Positions 43,437-54,927 of a DNA stretch of 64,000 nucleotides are shown piece after piece. Both the position numbers and the translations under genes were made by a program. Below the pieces are notes generated by a model. That model was not told where the DNA came from. It worked only from the letters and a program-made list of their open reading frames with translations, and did no database searches. Location of the stretch: positions 248,001-312,000 of the forward strand of contig NW_013657676.1 in the NCBI RefSeq assembly GCF_000142905.1. Reading direction: 5' to 3'. This DNA is from Thecamonas trahens ATCC 50062 (taxonomy: Eukaryota; Protista; Apusomonadida). Numbering within the stretch: the stretch's first letter is position 1; every line of letters begins with the position of its first letter.

Positions 43437-44314
43437 TCAGCAGCCGCAGCCCTTGTTCTTGTACTCGATGTCAAGCTTGACGGGAGCAAAGGTGTCACCG
43501 TCGTTGTGCGACGAGAGGCGGTGCGCCTTGACCGACATCCGCATAAAGGCCTCGGTCACGCCCACATCGTCCTTGGCCGATGTCTCAAAATGGTCCTCGG
43601 CGTCGATGCCCACGCTCGCCATCCAGTCGAGCGCGTCGGCAACGGCCACCTGCCGCTCGGCCGGATCAAAGTCGGTCTTGTTGCCCACAATAACAAACGG
43701 AAAGTCGCGCGCTTCGGCCGAGTTGGCGTCAGAGAACCGATTCCGCAGGAACTCATCGCGCCAAAGAGTCAGTCGCTCCAACGTCGACTTGATGTTAACG
43801 TCGTAGACCAGGAGGCAGCAGTCTGCACCACGATAGTATGCCGAAGCCAACGACTGGAACCGCTCCTGTCCGGCAGTATCCCACAGCTGCACCGTCACCT
43901 GAGCATCATCCACGATCACCTCCTTGGACATAAAGTCGGCGCCTATCACCATGCCCCGTCCCATTCACGTCCCATTCCGGTCAGAAGCCGTGCACCACCA
44001 CCACCGCAGACCACACACGCCAGCACACACACGCCAGCACACACCGCAAGCACACACGCGCAAGCACATACACATACACATACACATACACGTACACACA
44101 TGCGTAAGTCCTCCGCCCCCACCTCCCCCCCCCCCCCCCCCCATTCCCTCCTCCTCCTCCTCCTTCCCCACGTACCAATGGTGGCCTTGTAATGGGTGGA
44201 GAACGTCCGGTTGACGTAACGATGCAGAAGGGCAGTCTTGCCCACGCCCGAGTCACCCAGCACCACAGCCTTCAGCAGCTGCTTCCGCCGCAGTCCGCCC
44301 GATGAAGACATCAT
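43437..44314 (-). CDS. Rab7-like small GTPase; intron 44175-43943
   Basis: [15 protein letters not shown]...YKATIG|[39 protein letters not shown]-terminal GCGC prenylation motif. Confidence 0.92.
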
Positions 44315-44491
44315 CCTTTGCACTCGCTGCAGTCGGGTACTGTACCGTGCCGTACCTCGTCTGCCGTCTCACTTCCGCACGTGCCTGCCAGGCCGGTGTC
44401 GCTGCCTGCAGGCACCCGCATGGAAGCCGACGTCGATCGCCGCGCAGGCACACACAACACGCACTGACCTCGCTACTATTTACTGCACGAC

Positions 44492-45586
44492 TTAGAGGCT
44501 TTCGACAAGTGCACGGAGGGCATTGAGCTCGGTGGCTAGGGCATCGATCTTGGCAACGACGGCGGCCTTGGCCGAGGCGTCGGCGCCTGCTGGCGCGGGC
44601 GGGGCGAGGCCAGGCACAACCGACGCAATGTGGACCAGGATGTTGTGGCGCATCTGGAACATCTCGCGCTTGGACTCGGAGACATCTGGCGACTGGATGA
44701 GCTGCCCGATGCGGGCCATCTGCTTGGTCACAAACTCGTCGCCGTTCTTGATCATGCCCCGGAGAACAGTGGCGTAGAACTCGGCGGCGCCGGGCTCGCC
44801 GCCCTTGATCCGCGATGCCAACTTCTCCACCGCCGCGTTCTTGGCAGCCTCGTCGCTGGCCTTGGCGAACGACTTGACGTAGCGTGCGGCCGAGGCAAGG
44901 ACGCCAAAGGTGGTGTCAACAGCCGGCGCAGCCTCGCCAAACACCCGCTTGTGGCCGGTCTTCTTGTTGATAAACTCGGTGAGCGCCTCGCCCGAGCGCC
45001 CGCCAGCGTACTTTTCGCCATCGCTTCCTGCGCCCTTACCATAGAACATCATGGTGGGGTAGCCCGAGACGCCAGCCTTGCGCGCGGCACCCGAATGAAC
45101 GGTGGCGTCGAGCTTGGCGATGACCACGTCCTTCACCCCGGCAAAGGTCGTGCCCAGTTTGGCGTACGTCGGTGCCAGGTTCTTGCAATGGCCGCACCAT
45201 GGCGCGTAGAACTCAACAAAGACAGCCTTGCCCGGATCGTTGACTACGGCGTCAAAGGTGGCATCGGTGAGGACCTTGACGTCGCCGTCGTCGACAGCCG
45301 CTGCAGCGTTCCCGTTCCCGCCCGCGCTCGCTCCGCCTGCTCCGCCCTTGGGAAAGGCCTTGTACGCCTCACCCTCCCCGCACTGCTTGTTGGCAAAGCC
45401 GCCGCAGATGCGCTTGATGGGGCACCATCCGTAGCCTGCCGCCACGCACGCCTTGCAGTCGGTCCACTGCGAGAAGTCGACCCGTCCGCCGGCCACGGGC
45501 GCCGCCAGGGCCGCCACCACTGCTGCCAGCACCACTGCCGCCACCACTACCGCTGAGGGCATTCGCCAATGCCGAGTATGCGCCAT
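44492..45586 (-). CDS. Protein disulfide isomerase: signal peptide, PSI-like Cys module, one thioredoxin domain, ERp29c-like helical domain
   Basis: Hydrophobic N-terminus; DCKACVAAGYGWCPIKRICGG; FVEFYAPWCGHCKNLAP; FYATVLRGMIKNGDEFVTKQMARI...RHNIL. Start may be 45562. Confidence 0.88.
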   Translation of the reverse strand: MAHTRHWRMPSAVVVAAVVLAAVVAALAAPVAGGRVDFSQWTDCKACVAAGYGWCPIKRICGGFANKQCGEGEAYKAFPKGGAGGASAGGNGNAAAAVDDGDVKVLTDATFDAVVNDPGKAVFVEFYAPWCGHCKNLAPTYAKLGTTFAGVKDVVIAKLDATVHSGAARKAGVSGYPTMMFYGKGAGSDGEKYAGGRSGEALTEFINKKTGHKRVFGEAAPAVDTTFGVLASAARYVKSFAKASDEAAKNAAVEKLASRIKGGEPGAAEFYATVLRGMIKNGDEFVTKQMARIGQLIQSPDVSESKREMFQMRHNILVHIASVVPGLAPPAPAGADASAKAAVVAKIDALATELNALRALVESL

Positions 45587-45780
45587 GTGTCCAGTCTGCT
45601 GGTGTTTTCTTGCGAGAGAAGTGCGCCCTGCCCTGCAACTGCCTGTGGTGGTGTCGGCCGGGTGCAGCCATGGCCAGTCAGTCGGCCTGCTGTTTACGCC
45701 CAAGGAGGATGCTGTCTCATCCGGAGCGATAGATACAGAAGCATGAAGTCCGGGGGGCAGTGGCGGCGTCCGCCATTGGC

Positions 45781-48774
45781 TCAGCGACGACGACGCGCAC
45801 GGCCAGATCGGCCACGCTTGGGTCGCTCAAGCTTGGCCAGCTCGAGCTCGCGCCGCAGCCGCTTCGCCTCGGGCGATCGAAGGTGGTTGAGCACTCGTCG
45901 CCGCTCCGACGCCGCCGACGAGCCGCCGGCAGTCATCGACGCGTGGAGCTCGACGTCGGTGGCCGACATGAAGCCCTGTGGAACAGACTTGAGGTGCGCG
46001 ATCCGCGAGCCCGGTGAGGTCTTGGTCGGGGAAACGCTGGCGCTCATGCGGCCGCCTCGCGGCGGACTGCCTCGAGGCGGACTGCCACGCCCGCGTCCGC
46101 GCCCGCGCCAGCGCCCACGCCCGCGTCCGCGTCCGCGTCCGCGGACAATCGTCACCGGCGCAGTCCGCGAAGAAAATATCGGTTGAGACCGGTGCAGCGA
46201 CGGCTGCGACGACGAGAGATCCGAGAGGGCGGCGTGCGCACGCGAGTTCGAGGCAATGAGCTCGGTGACAGACTTCAGGAGCAGCTTATTCTGCTCGCGC
46301 AGCTCACGCATTTCGCGCTCCATCCGTGCCTCCCAACGTGAATAAGCCGGATCGTTGCCCGGTGGCGTCTCGTCCTGCGCCGCAGCAAGGTTCATCGCAG
46401 TCGCCTGCTCGGCAAGCTCCAGGTCCCACTGCAGCGTGTCCGATGTTTTGCCCGAGTCGTCGAGTTGTCGCTCGAGGACCGCAAGCTGGCGGGAGAGTGA
46501 CGCGATCTGCTTGTCGCGCTCACACAGCTGCGCCCGGAGCTCAACCACTGCCGGTGCATCCGACACCATCGACCGGGTCTCCAGGTCTGCCCGCCTGCGC
46601 GAGTTGGTCCGCCGCGGTCCGCGTGCCACGGCGAGCCCGCTAGCCTCTTCGCGATGCTTCGCGTCATTAAGTTGCTGCAACTTGTGCCGCTGCAGTTCGC
46701 GAAACTGTGGGCTCGGTGTTGCACCCGCCTCTTGGCCTCTGTCGGCCATGGACACGTCGATGTTGATGGTGGTTGGTGCACCCGACGACGACCGCCGCCG
46801 CGCCCTCGACCGCAGGTGGGGAGTCATCTCCGCCCGCTCCCGCGGCCGCTGTGGGCCAGGTGAGACCGGCGGTGGTGAGCCGCCTATGACGAGCTCGTCG
46901 CCGCCCTCCTGCTCGCGATCAAGGTCGATGATCTCCACGTATGACGCCTCTTGGCGCGTCGACGTGTCGTACACCTTGGAGCTCGGCGACCGCTCGACCG
47001 CGTGCGTGCCACGACGCTCGGCCATGAGCACGGAGAGCTCGTCAACGTCGGCCGACTGCATGGCGTGCTCGGCAAAGATGGCGTCAAGCGTATTGCCCAT
47101 CGGCGCCTCGGCCGCCGCCGCCGCGTCCCGCGGCGCCTCGTCATCCTCGTACTCGTACTCGTAGCCGTCAAGGGAGTCGAGTTTCACATCCAGATCCAGG
47201 CCGTGAACGTCCTCGTGGTGAGCTTCAGGTGGAGTCGAGACGCCGCCCGCTAGTTGTTCGGAGGTGGCTTGCGCCAATCGCGGAAGCGGCGGTGGGAGTG
47301 GGAGATTGATCGCAGGCCCGGGCTTGCGGGCATCCCACTCAAGAACTTCGGCCGGCGAGGCGCGGGCAAGCATGTCATACGCTGCACGCGACGACGCGAC
47401 GTCGAGCGCACCGACTGTCCCAGTTGGCAGCTGAACAGTCACGCTCGGATCAGCACCTTCTTCGATCAGAGTGGCGAGGACCTTGAGCGCATCGCCGCCC
47501 CAGTGCGCCTGGTACGCTGCAACCATGAGCGGCGTCCAGCCGCGGGCCGGGTCGGCGGCGACAATGGGAAAGTCCAGCTCGGCGCCCGCAAGTGAGAGGG
47601 CAGACACGACGCCCGGTGCGGCGGCAACGACAGCCCAGTCAAGCGGCGCGAGCCCAGCGTCGTCACGGACCTCAGGATCGGCGCCCAGCTCAAGCATGGT
47701 GTCGACAACCTGGGCGTGGCCGTGCGCGGCGGCGGCGGCGAGTGGCGTAAGCCCCAGAGGGCCGCGAGCGTCCGGATTCGCCCTCGAGTCCATGAAGAAT
47801 TTGCACGCGCGGACCGAGCCCGAGCAGGCTGCCAACCAAAGTGGCTCGACAGAGAGTGCCGTGGGTGCGGCTGCCGATCGTGGAGCACCCCACCGCGGCG
47901 GGACGTCAAAGACGACACCGTCGGCGGCTGCCGAGTCGGCACCGGCCACGGCAAGGTCGATGACGGCGGCGTCCGCGCCAGCAGCAGCCGCCGCCAGCAG
48001 CGGCGTCAACCCGATGTTGTCGCGCAGTCCAAGACCAAGGTCGACGGCCGGAAGATGCTTGACCAGCCATGCCACACCCTGGGCGTAGCCGGCGGCGGCG
48101 GCCGTGTGGAGAGGGGTGCGGCCAAGAGCGTTGACGGCGGTTGCTGACGCACCCGACTCGACCAGCACGTCCAACGTGTGTGTCAGCGGTGCCTGCGGTG
48201 TGCATCCGAGCCCGCGAGCCGCAAGATGCAACGCTGTATTGCCGCTGCTGTCGGGCGCGTCGATGCCGAAGCGGGCCGAAGCCACAATGGCCTTCCGCAG
48301 CTCGGCCTCGGGCAGGTGGCGCTCCGCGGCGCGCCGGAGCTCAAAGCCCGGCAGCGCCCGGTCGCGGGAGCGGCGTTCGGCATGCCCGCGCCACACGCCC
48401 TGCAGCGTCGTCGCCGCCGCCCGCTCGCGCTTGGCCTGAACCCGGGCGGCCCGCCCGCGCCACGCGGCCTGCAGCACCGCGGCAGCCTCGTTCTCATCGC
48501 CGCCTCCATCGCTCCGCCCGCCGTCGTCGTCGCCGTCGTCGTCGTCGTGCCCGCCAGCCCCATCGTAGTATCCATACTCGTAGTCATACTCGTCGTCGTA
48601 CCCGTCGTCGTCCTGCTGGTCGTGGCTGGCCGTAGGTGTGGCCGATGGCCGCCGCGAGCCGGGCAGAGCCGGCATGCCTGGCGGGAGTGGGGCGCCCGGC
48701 GGCAGGCCATGCGAGGTCCGGCGGGAGGGCCCGGGCAGACCGCCACGAGGAGGAAAGGGAGGGAGGCCAGCCAT
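45781..48774 (-). CDS. IQ-motif + ankyrin-repeat + coiled-coil protein
   Basis: Two IQ-like motifs (LQAAWRGRAAR, LQGVWRGHAER); ankyrin repeats GNTALHLAA, GRTPLHTAA, GLTPLAAAA, GWTPLMVAA; C-terminal heptads. Confidence 0.85.
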   Translation of the reverse strand: MAGLPPFPPRGGLPGPSRRTSHGLPPGAPLPPGMPALPGSRRPSATPTASHDQQDDDGYDDEYDYEYGYYDGAGGHDDDDGDDDGGRSDGGGDENEAAAVLQAAWRGRAARVQAKRERAAATTLQGVWRGHAERRSRDRALPGFELRRAAERHLPEAELRKAIVASARFGIDAPDSSGNTALHLAARGLGCTPQAPLTHTLDVLVESGASATAVNALGRTPLHTAAAAGYAQGVAWLVKHLPAVDLGLGLRDNIGLTPLLAAAAAGADAAVIDLAVAGADSAAADGVVFDVPPRWGAPRSAAAPTALSVEPLWLAACSGSVRACKFFMDSRANPDARGPLGLTPLAAAAAHGHAQVVDTMLELGADPEVRDDAGLAPLDWAVVAAAPGVVSALSLAGAELDFPIVAADPARGWTPLMVAAYQAHWGGDALKVLATLIEEGADPSVTVQLPTGTVGALDVASSRAAYDMLARASPAEVLEWDARKPGPAINLPLPPPLPRLAQATSEQLAGGVSTPPEAHHEDVHGLDLDVKLDSLDGYEYEYEDDEAPRDAAAAAEAPMGNTLDAIFAEHAMQSADVDELSVLMAERRGTHAVERSPSSKVYDTSTRQEASYVEIIDLDREQEGGDELVIGGSPPPVSPGPQRPRERAEMTPHLRSRARRRSSSGAPTTINIDVSMADRGQEAGATPSPQFRELQRHKLQQLNDAKHREEASGLAVARGPRRTNSRRRADLETRSMVSDAPAVVELRAQLCERDKQIASLSRQLAVLERQLDDSGKTSDTLQWDLELAEQATAMNLAAAQDETPPGNDPAYSRWEARMEREMRELREQNKLLLKSVTELIASNSRAHAALSDLSSSQPSLHRSQPIFSSRTAPVTIVRGRGRGRGRGRWRGRGRGRGSPPRGSPPRGGRMSASVSPTKTSPGSRIAHLKSVPQGFMSATDVELHASMTAGGSSAASERRRVLNHLRSPEAKRLRRELELAKLERPKRGRSGRARRRR

Positions 48775-49326
48775 GCACCACCGTAGCCGAAGAAGGGGAT
48801 GGGCGCAAAGTGGAGTGGGAAAGGGATGGCTGCGAGTGTGGCCGCACAGACTTGCGCCGAGTCGGTGGCGACGGCAGTGAACGGCAGTGGAAGTTGGGCC
48901 CCGCCTGGCACACACGATGCGTGGCCCATGGCAGGCGAAAAGGCGCGATCTGATGAGTACCCCCCCACACACACACACACAAACAGATATGTATATACAC
49001 GTACGCACACACGCACATCAAACACACACACAAGCAAACGCACATGCGCTCACTCGCTCGATCTGCGCCCATTGCCGCAATCGGTGGCACGAGAAGCCAA
49101 CTCATCAGGCGGCCAGCTTGCCGAGCCACCCAACCACACGTCGGCCAACTGCCAACCACCCCCCCCCCCACTGCCAGCCATGCAAGCCCCACATGCGAGA
49201 ATTCCAATTTCCTATCAACCTGTTTTCCGCAAACCCTCGCTCCCCCCCCCCCCTCCCTTCCCGTCCCACCCCTTCCGTGCTGCATACCTCACCCGACCAT
49301 CTTCTCAAGGTCGGGCGACGGTGTTC

Positions 49327-51666
49327 ATGGCCGGATACGGCACCGCAGGCATGGGTGTGCTGTATGACCCGTTGTGTGCCGCCGTAGCAAGGGGGCCTCG
49401 TGCTCGCTCGCCTCGCCCGACACACGCGCCAGACTCGCCGCCTGTTACGGTGGCTGGGCCGTTCAAGCACATGTTGCCGGATGCTGGCCCTGCTGGTAGC
49501 AGAAGCGCGGGTGGGAGCAAAAGCGCCGCAGCTGTGCGTGACTCGACGTCGTCCAGCAGATCCCAGGTCTCGGGTGAGCGAAGCGCGATATCTGGCGTGT
49601 CTAGAAAGGCAGGGGGAGGGAGGAGGGCATCGCTCGGCAGCAGCAGCAGCAGTAGCGGTGGCAAGGCGAGAGGCAAGGGCAAAGTCAGATTGGCGTCGAA
49701 GAAGAAACCAAAGCCAGACAAGGGCAAGAGCCCGTTGTCGCATCGCGGGTCGGAGAAGAGCAGACGTGACGCGACGAGGCCGCGTTGGTCGTTTAATGTG
49801 GCCCGGGCGCTGGTGGCGTGTACCACGCCGCAGCTGGAGCCTGTGCGGGCGCACGCGCTCCTTGCCGAAGCCGTGCCGCTTCTTTCGGTCCCGATGTTTG
49901 TGTACTCGTCGGCCGAGGCCGCACGCAACGGGCGCAAGTCGCTGCTCGCGCTGTGGGAGTGGTTGCTGACGCCGGCAGGCGAGGCCGTGGCCACAAAGTC
50001 TGCCGCGCGGTCCGAATCCATTGGCGAGAACACTCGGTTCACGGCGCTTGCGAGTCTTATGCACCGCGGCGAGTGGTCGCTCAAAACGCTGCAGTTCTCC
50101 AAGACGCTGCGGCCCATGGCGTCCAAGATCGACATCGCCCTGGCGGTTCGCTACCGCGACGCACTCGTCGCCACGCTTCGCGTGGCGCTCGACGCGCTGG
50201 CAGGCACCTTTGGCACACGGCTGTCGTCGGCCAAGGCCACATTCTGCGCACGAGTCCTTGCTGTCGCCTATTTTTCCGTGCCCGGTGTGTGTGGCCACAT
50301 TGTGCTCGCCACCGACCCGCCACTGACAGACGCCGGGTCGCCCGAGACGGGCGCATGCAACGCCAACGACGCCAGCGACTCCGAACGCTCGCCGTCGACG
50401 CCGCGGTGGGCCGGTGGTGCCGGCGACGACGAGGTCGTCGAAGACGCCGGCGAGGACCATGACAAGGCAAGGTCTCGCATCGAGCGCGAGACAAAAGCCC
50501 GCGAGGCCACCCACGCCGAGCTCGCCGACCTCTGTGTCTCGGACAAGATGCTTTCGGCTCAGCTCGGCATCGAGCTGCCGCCAGACCTTGTGGTCTATCC
50601 GTACCTCTTTCGCGGCCTCCCGCAGTCGGCCTCGTCCGAGTTTGAGGTCGATCCGGATGCCCGCTGGCTCTCTGTCCTTGCCAAGCGGTGCAAGATGTTC
50701 ATGCTCTTCATTCGCGAGCTTGTGCTCCACGTCCGACGCGTGTTTCGGCTCTCCAGCGGCGGCGCGCAGTCTGTCGTACCGTGGATGCTTGTGCCTGGTT
50801 TCCAGGCTCTCGTTGAGGCGCTCTGCTTTGAGGTCCGTGTCCGCAACGCAGCAAGCGGGCATGACTCGGCGTTTATCGAGGCCACGCAGTTTGTGCTCCT
50901 CAATCCATACCTGATCTCGGTCCTTGTCCGCGACCTGCTCTCGAACATCTCGCTGCACGACGTGGAGCAAGTCGGTGCCGGCCTCGATCGGGTTGCGCGA
51001 TGGCTCGCCTTTGCTGGCCGGGTCCACTCGCGCGCCACGCTGTACAACACTTTTGATCCCTCGTTCCTCATCCAAGTTCTCGACCTGCTCCTGGGCGTCG
51101 AACGCTACTCACTCACCGCCAAGGCGCTCGCGTTCATCTCGGACCACGAGACCGTGTTCCAGGGCGAGGCCCGCATTGCACTCATGGGCAACATCCTCCT
51201 CCGCAAGTACTTCTTCCATCTCTTTCTACACTGGTCGACTGCCGTCCGCAAGCTCTTCCACGCCGTTGTCATCTACCACGTGGTTCCTATCGATGCCGCC
51301 GACGCCGTCGCGGCGTCGGTCCATATCTCCGACAATGCCCCGCACTGGGAAGTGTATCTCTCGTGCGAGACCAATGTCGAGGGTCCCGAGCAGGCCGTAG
51401 ACCTTGTTCTTGCCTCCAAACTCCACGGCTATCTCACCATGCTCCGCGACGCCGCCGTCCCGCCGCACCTCGCTGTGTACCTGCCCAAGGCGCTCGGCGA
51501 GTTTGACGAGGCCTTTATGGCCTACCTGGATTGGCGATCGATGTCACGCAAGGTTGCACCCGACGAACCCGGCCGCGCTCCGCCGGCCATCTCCTTTGAT
51601 CTCACAGTCCATCTGCCCAGGGACGGCTATCATGCCGCACTCGGCGCCGCAGCTCAAGATGGATAA
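49327..51666 (+). CDS. DUF1765-like helical protein (start uncertain)
   Basis: Long ORF with coding-like codon usage; LLRKYFFHLFLHWSTAVRKLF and FCARVLAVAYFSVP recall DUF1765 motifs. Confidence 0.6.
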   Translation: MAGYGTAGMGVLYDPLCAAVARGPRARSPRPTHAPDSPPVTVAGPFKHMLPDAGPAGSRSAGGSKSAAAVRDSTSSSRSQVSGERSAISGVSRKAGGGRRASLGSSSSSSGGKARGKGKVRLASKKKPKPDKGKSPLSHRGSEKSRRDATRPRWSFNVARALVACTTPQLEPVRAHALLAEAVPLLSVPMFVYSSAEAARNGRKSLLALWEWLLTPAGEAVATKSAARSESIGENTRFTALASLMHRGEWSLKTLQFSKTLRPMASKIDIALAVRYRDALVATLRVALDALAGTFGTRLSSAKATFCARVLAVAYFSVPGVCGHIVLATDPPLTDAGSPETGACNANDASDSERSPSTPRWAGGAGDDEVVEDAGEDHDKARSRIERETKAREATHAELADLCVSDKMLSAQLGIELPPDLVVYPYLFRGLPQSASSEFEVDPDARWLSVLAKRCKMFMLFIRELVLHVRRVFRLSSGGAQSVVPWMLVPGFQALVEALCFEVRVRNAASGHDSAFIEATQFVLLNPYLISVLVRDLLSNISLHDVEQVGAGLDRVARWLAFAGRVHSRATLYNTFDPSFLIQVLDLLLGVERYSLTAKALAFISDHETVFQGEARIALMGNILLRKYFFHLFLHWSTAVRKLFHAVVIYHVVPIDAADAVAASVHISDNAPHWEVYLSCETNVEGPEQAVDLVLASKLHGYLTMLRDAAVPPHLAVYLPKALGEFDEAFMAYLDWRSMSRKVAPDEPGRAPPAISFDLTVHLPRDGYHAALGAAAQDG

Positions 51667-51684
51667 ACACTGTCGTGGCTGCCG

Positions 51685-52668
51685 CTACGAGCTAGAGTCC
51701 GAGTCCGAATCGCCGTAGCCCGCGAGCAACGATACAGGCGCAGGCGTCGGTGCAGGCGCGGGGGCAGCCGCAGACACAGGCGCGGGGGTGGCTTTGGGGT
51801 TGAGCTTTGCCCGCTTCACCGCACGCACCACGACGCTGCCTCGCGGCCGCGGTCGCTTGCCCACCGCCGAGCCCCCCACCGCTGTGCGAACGTTAACAGG
51901 GTTCGCATCGGGCGTAGCAGCTGGGCCAAGACCGAGGCTGGGCTCACCGGCGTCGCCGACAGGAGGTGAACGGTCGTCGAGGCGGATGACCCGCGCGGCG
52001 CGGGCGGCAAAGATCTCGCGCATCCGCTGCTCGTCAGCCTCGTCGAGTGTGTCTGAGGCAGCGGCAGCAGCAAGGGCCTCGGCATCTGCAGCGCGTGCGG
52101 CAAGGAGTGCCATGGGGTCAACGTCGTTGAGCTGGGCGTTAATGGCGCGCAGATCCTCCAGTCGCTCGAGGTCTTCCATCTCGCGGCGGGTGTCTGCGGC
52201 GCGCTGTTCGAGAGCGGCCATGGGATCGCCGCCGCCGTCGCCATCGCCGCCGCCGTCGGCGTCATCGTCGACCATCTCGCGCAGCGGCTTGACAGCAGTG
52301 GCGGCGGTGGCGGCCTCGTGCAGCCGCTTGACGCGGTGCTCGGCGACGTAGCTCGCGGTCTTGGGATCCGTCTTGATGGTAAACTCGGAGGCGCACTCGG
52401 GACACTTGCAATAGAACCGGTGGACGGGGACGCCGAGGTAGTCCTCGCCGATCACCGTCTCTTTGCGGGCGATGAACCGCTTGTTAAAGCCGATGAGCGA
52501 GCCGCACGCGCCACAGAGCGCCGTAAAGGGCATGGCGAGTCGGACCTTGGTCTGCTTGGGCCGCTTCGCCCCACGCCCGCCCCGTCGGCCCTTGGTCTTC
52601 TCGCGCGGCACATTAGCCGGGTCCATCCCCGGCGGAAAGTAGAACGACTGCTCCTTGCGTGAGCCCAT
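51685..52668 (-). CDS. YJU2: Splicing factor YJU2/CCDC94 family
   Basis: MGSRK..SFYFPP.DP, VRLAMPF..CGAC, RFIARKE, YLGVPVHRFYCKCPEC..EFTIKTDPK, DPMAALE. Confidence 0.92.
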   Translation of the reverse strand: MGSRKEQSFYFPPGMDPANVPREKTKGRRGGRGAKRPKQTKVRLAMPFTALCGACGSLIGFNKRFIARKETVIGEDYLGVPVHRFYCKCPECASEFTIKTDPKTASYVAEHRVKRLHEAATAATAVKPLREMVDDDADGGGDGDGGGDPMAALEQRAADTRREMEDLERLEDLRAINAQLNDVDPMALLAARAADAEALAAAAASDTLDEADEQRMREIFAARAARVIRLDDRSPPVGDAGEPSLGLGPAATPDANPVNVRTAVGGSAVGKRPRPRGSVVVRAVKRAKLNPKATPAPVSAAAPAPAPTPAPVSLLAGYGDSDSDSSS

Positions 52669-53172
52669 GGTGGTGGTGGCGGGTGTGGAGTGACGTGGCG
52701 ACGGCAGTGGCGGCGGGAGAAGGGAGAGGAAGTGGCTGCGGTGTCGCGCCGAGTCGCCGACGGCAAAAGGCCCAGCTGCCGACAGAAGGGCCGCTGATGC
52801 GAGCTGTGATTGCGATGGTGGCAGAGGGCATCATTGGCGGACTGTTACCCACTCGGGGATGGTCAGGAGGTGTGGTGGTGTGGCGGGGGGCGCGGGGCGA
52901 GGGGCGGGGAGTGATAGCCCTTGCTGGGCGTTTACATGACTGACCGGATGGGGGGGAGGTGGAGGGATGAGGTGCAGCCCCGACGCGTGATCACTTGTTT
53001 TCGCACTCGCCGAAAGCCGTCACACGCACACACACGCGTGCAGAAGCAACGACGGGATGGATCACGGCCAGCAGGGTAGTAGTGCAGCGGTAGAGACGAT
53101 CGCGGGTAGGGGACCATGCGGCAAACGGCGTGTAGAGTCAGTGCCGTGTTTACGGATCGCTATCTCTCAATA

Positions 53173-54225
53173 CTAGGCCGACAGATGGGTGGCAACAAGC
53201 TTGACGCCCGAGACGCCGCCGGCAAGCTGGGCGATGCCGTTGGCAAGATCGGCCCAAGACGAGCCAAGCTCGAGCACGTTCTGCGCCTGGATAGGGATGG
53301 CCTGGAGCGCGGAAGCGATGGTATCGTACGCACCGGCAGCCCACTGGCCAAGCTCGGACTCGGGGTTGAACTCGACGACGATGGTGAAGATGTGGGTGAC
53401 GTTGTCTGGGAAGGTGGCGTCCTCGATGCCCTGGTTGATCGAGGTGATGTAGCTGGGCTGCGACGAGTCAAGCAGCGCCGCGGCCTTGAGCGTTGTGTCG
53501 GGCGAGATGGTGTCAAAGGCGAGGGTGAGCGGCTCGCCGTTGAGAGCAGCAGCGACCTGGTCAGCGTAGTCGGCGTCGTGGTAGTCGATGACGGCGGCGG
53601 CACCGAGGGCAGTCAGCCGCTCGGTGTGCTTGGCCGATGCAAGGGTGATGACCCGGAAGCCGGCGTAGTTGGCGAGCTGGATGGCGACGTGGCCAACCGA
53701 CGACGCGCCGCCCCAGATCAGCAGCGGCCGGCCGGCGCCGGAGCCGGGCGCCAGCGCCAGATCCGCACCAAGGCTTGGCAGCTGCTTGAAGAGCGCGACA
53801 GCAGCGGTAAAGATGGCGAGCGGAACCGTCGCCGCGTCGGCGTGCGAAAGCGCCTCGGGCTTGGGGAAGACTGTGTACCACGGCGTGTCGACAGCTTCCT
53901 GGAACGCGCCGTTGGCATCGGCAATGGGCGTGTACGCGTACACCTCGTCGCCGACCTTGACGTTGGTCACGCCCTCGCCCACCGCCGTCACCTTGCCGGA
54001 CGCGTCGTTGCCGAGCACCTGCGCCGGCAGCTTGGACAGGAGGAAGTTGTACTGGACCATCTTCCAGTCGACCGGGTTGACAGCCGCAGCGTCGACCGCC
54101 ACCCGCACATAGCCGGGCGCGGGCGTGCCAGTCGGCGCAGGCACCTGGACCACAGCCACGTTGGCCGCGATGTCGTCGCCGGCTCCCGTGGCGACCACTC
54201 CGATCTGGGTTGTCTTGGCGCTCAT
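53173..54225 (-). CDS. MDR-family zinc-independent oxidoreductase (enoyl reductase/quinone reductase-like)
   Basis: AAVNPVDWK, LGNDASGKV..VG..V...KVGDEV, LIWGGASSVG..AIQLA, LGAAAVIDY. Confidence 0.9.
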   Translation of the reverse strand: MSAKTTQIGVVATGAGDDIAANVAVVQVPAPTGTPAPGYVRVAVDAAAVNPVDWKMVQYNFLLSKLPAQVLGNDASGKVTAVGEGVTNVKVGDEVYAYTPIADANGAFQEAVDTPWYTVFPKPEALSHADAATVPLAIFTAAVALFKQLPSLGADLALAPGSGAGRPLLIWGGASSVGHVAIQLANYAGFRVITLASAKHTERLTALGAAAVIDYHDADYADQVAAALNGEPLTLAFDTISPDTTLKAAALLDSSQPSYITSINQGIEDATFPDNVTHIFTIVVEFNPESELGQWAAGAYDTIASALQAIPIQAQNVLELGSSWADLANGIAQLAGGVSGVKLVATHLSA

Positions 54226-54927
54226 AATGATGATGTTGTTGCTACTGTTGTTGCGTCTGAGTGTGTGGAGAAATAAAAACCCAATACCGGCAGCTGGAAA
54301 AGGCTGCGGTTTTGTCTCTGCAACGTGTTTGGCCATCAGCCGCCACAACCAACTTGACGTCAACAGCACAAAACCAAACACAACGCTCCGCCACATTCCC
54401 TTCTTTTTTTTTGGCCAATGCGGGCCATCGAGAAAATAGAACAGGTTCGCTGCTTCAAACTCAACCTGTTGCCACTTCCCCTCTTCCCCATGCCCTCCTA
54501 CTGTTGGCTGGTGGCGAAAGAAACCAAAGTGGCCGGGAGGAGGAGGGGGGGGGGGGGGAGGAAGGGGGAGCCACAGCACATACACACGCACACATACACA
54601 CACTTCACGTTACTTGTACCCCCCTCCCCGGANNNNNNNNNNNNNNNNNNNNNNNNNNNNNNNNNNNNNNNNNNNNNNNNNNNNNNNNNNNNNNNNNNNN
54701 NNNNNNNNNNNNNNNNNNNNNNNNNNNNNNNNNNNNNNNNNNNNNNNNNNNNNNNNNNNNNNNNNNNNNNNNNNNNNNNNNNNNNNNNNNNNNNNNNNNN
54801 NNNNNNNNNNNNNNNNNNNNNNNNNNNNNNNNNNNNNNNNNNNNNNNNNNNNNNNNNNNNNNNNNNNNNNNNNNNNNCATTGGAGTTACGCATTTCATAG
54901 CTCCATCTCGCTCCCCTGACTGGAATA

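Noticed and set aside
54226-54480. Locally AT-richer stretch as a foreign insertion or RNA gene
   Set aside because: Short, no terminal repeats or recognisable RNA structure; fits the promoter/5' UTR of the oxidoreductase.
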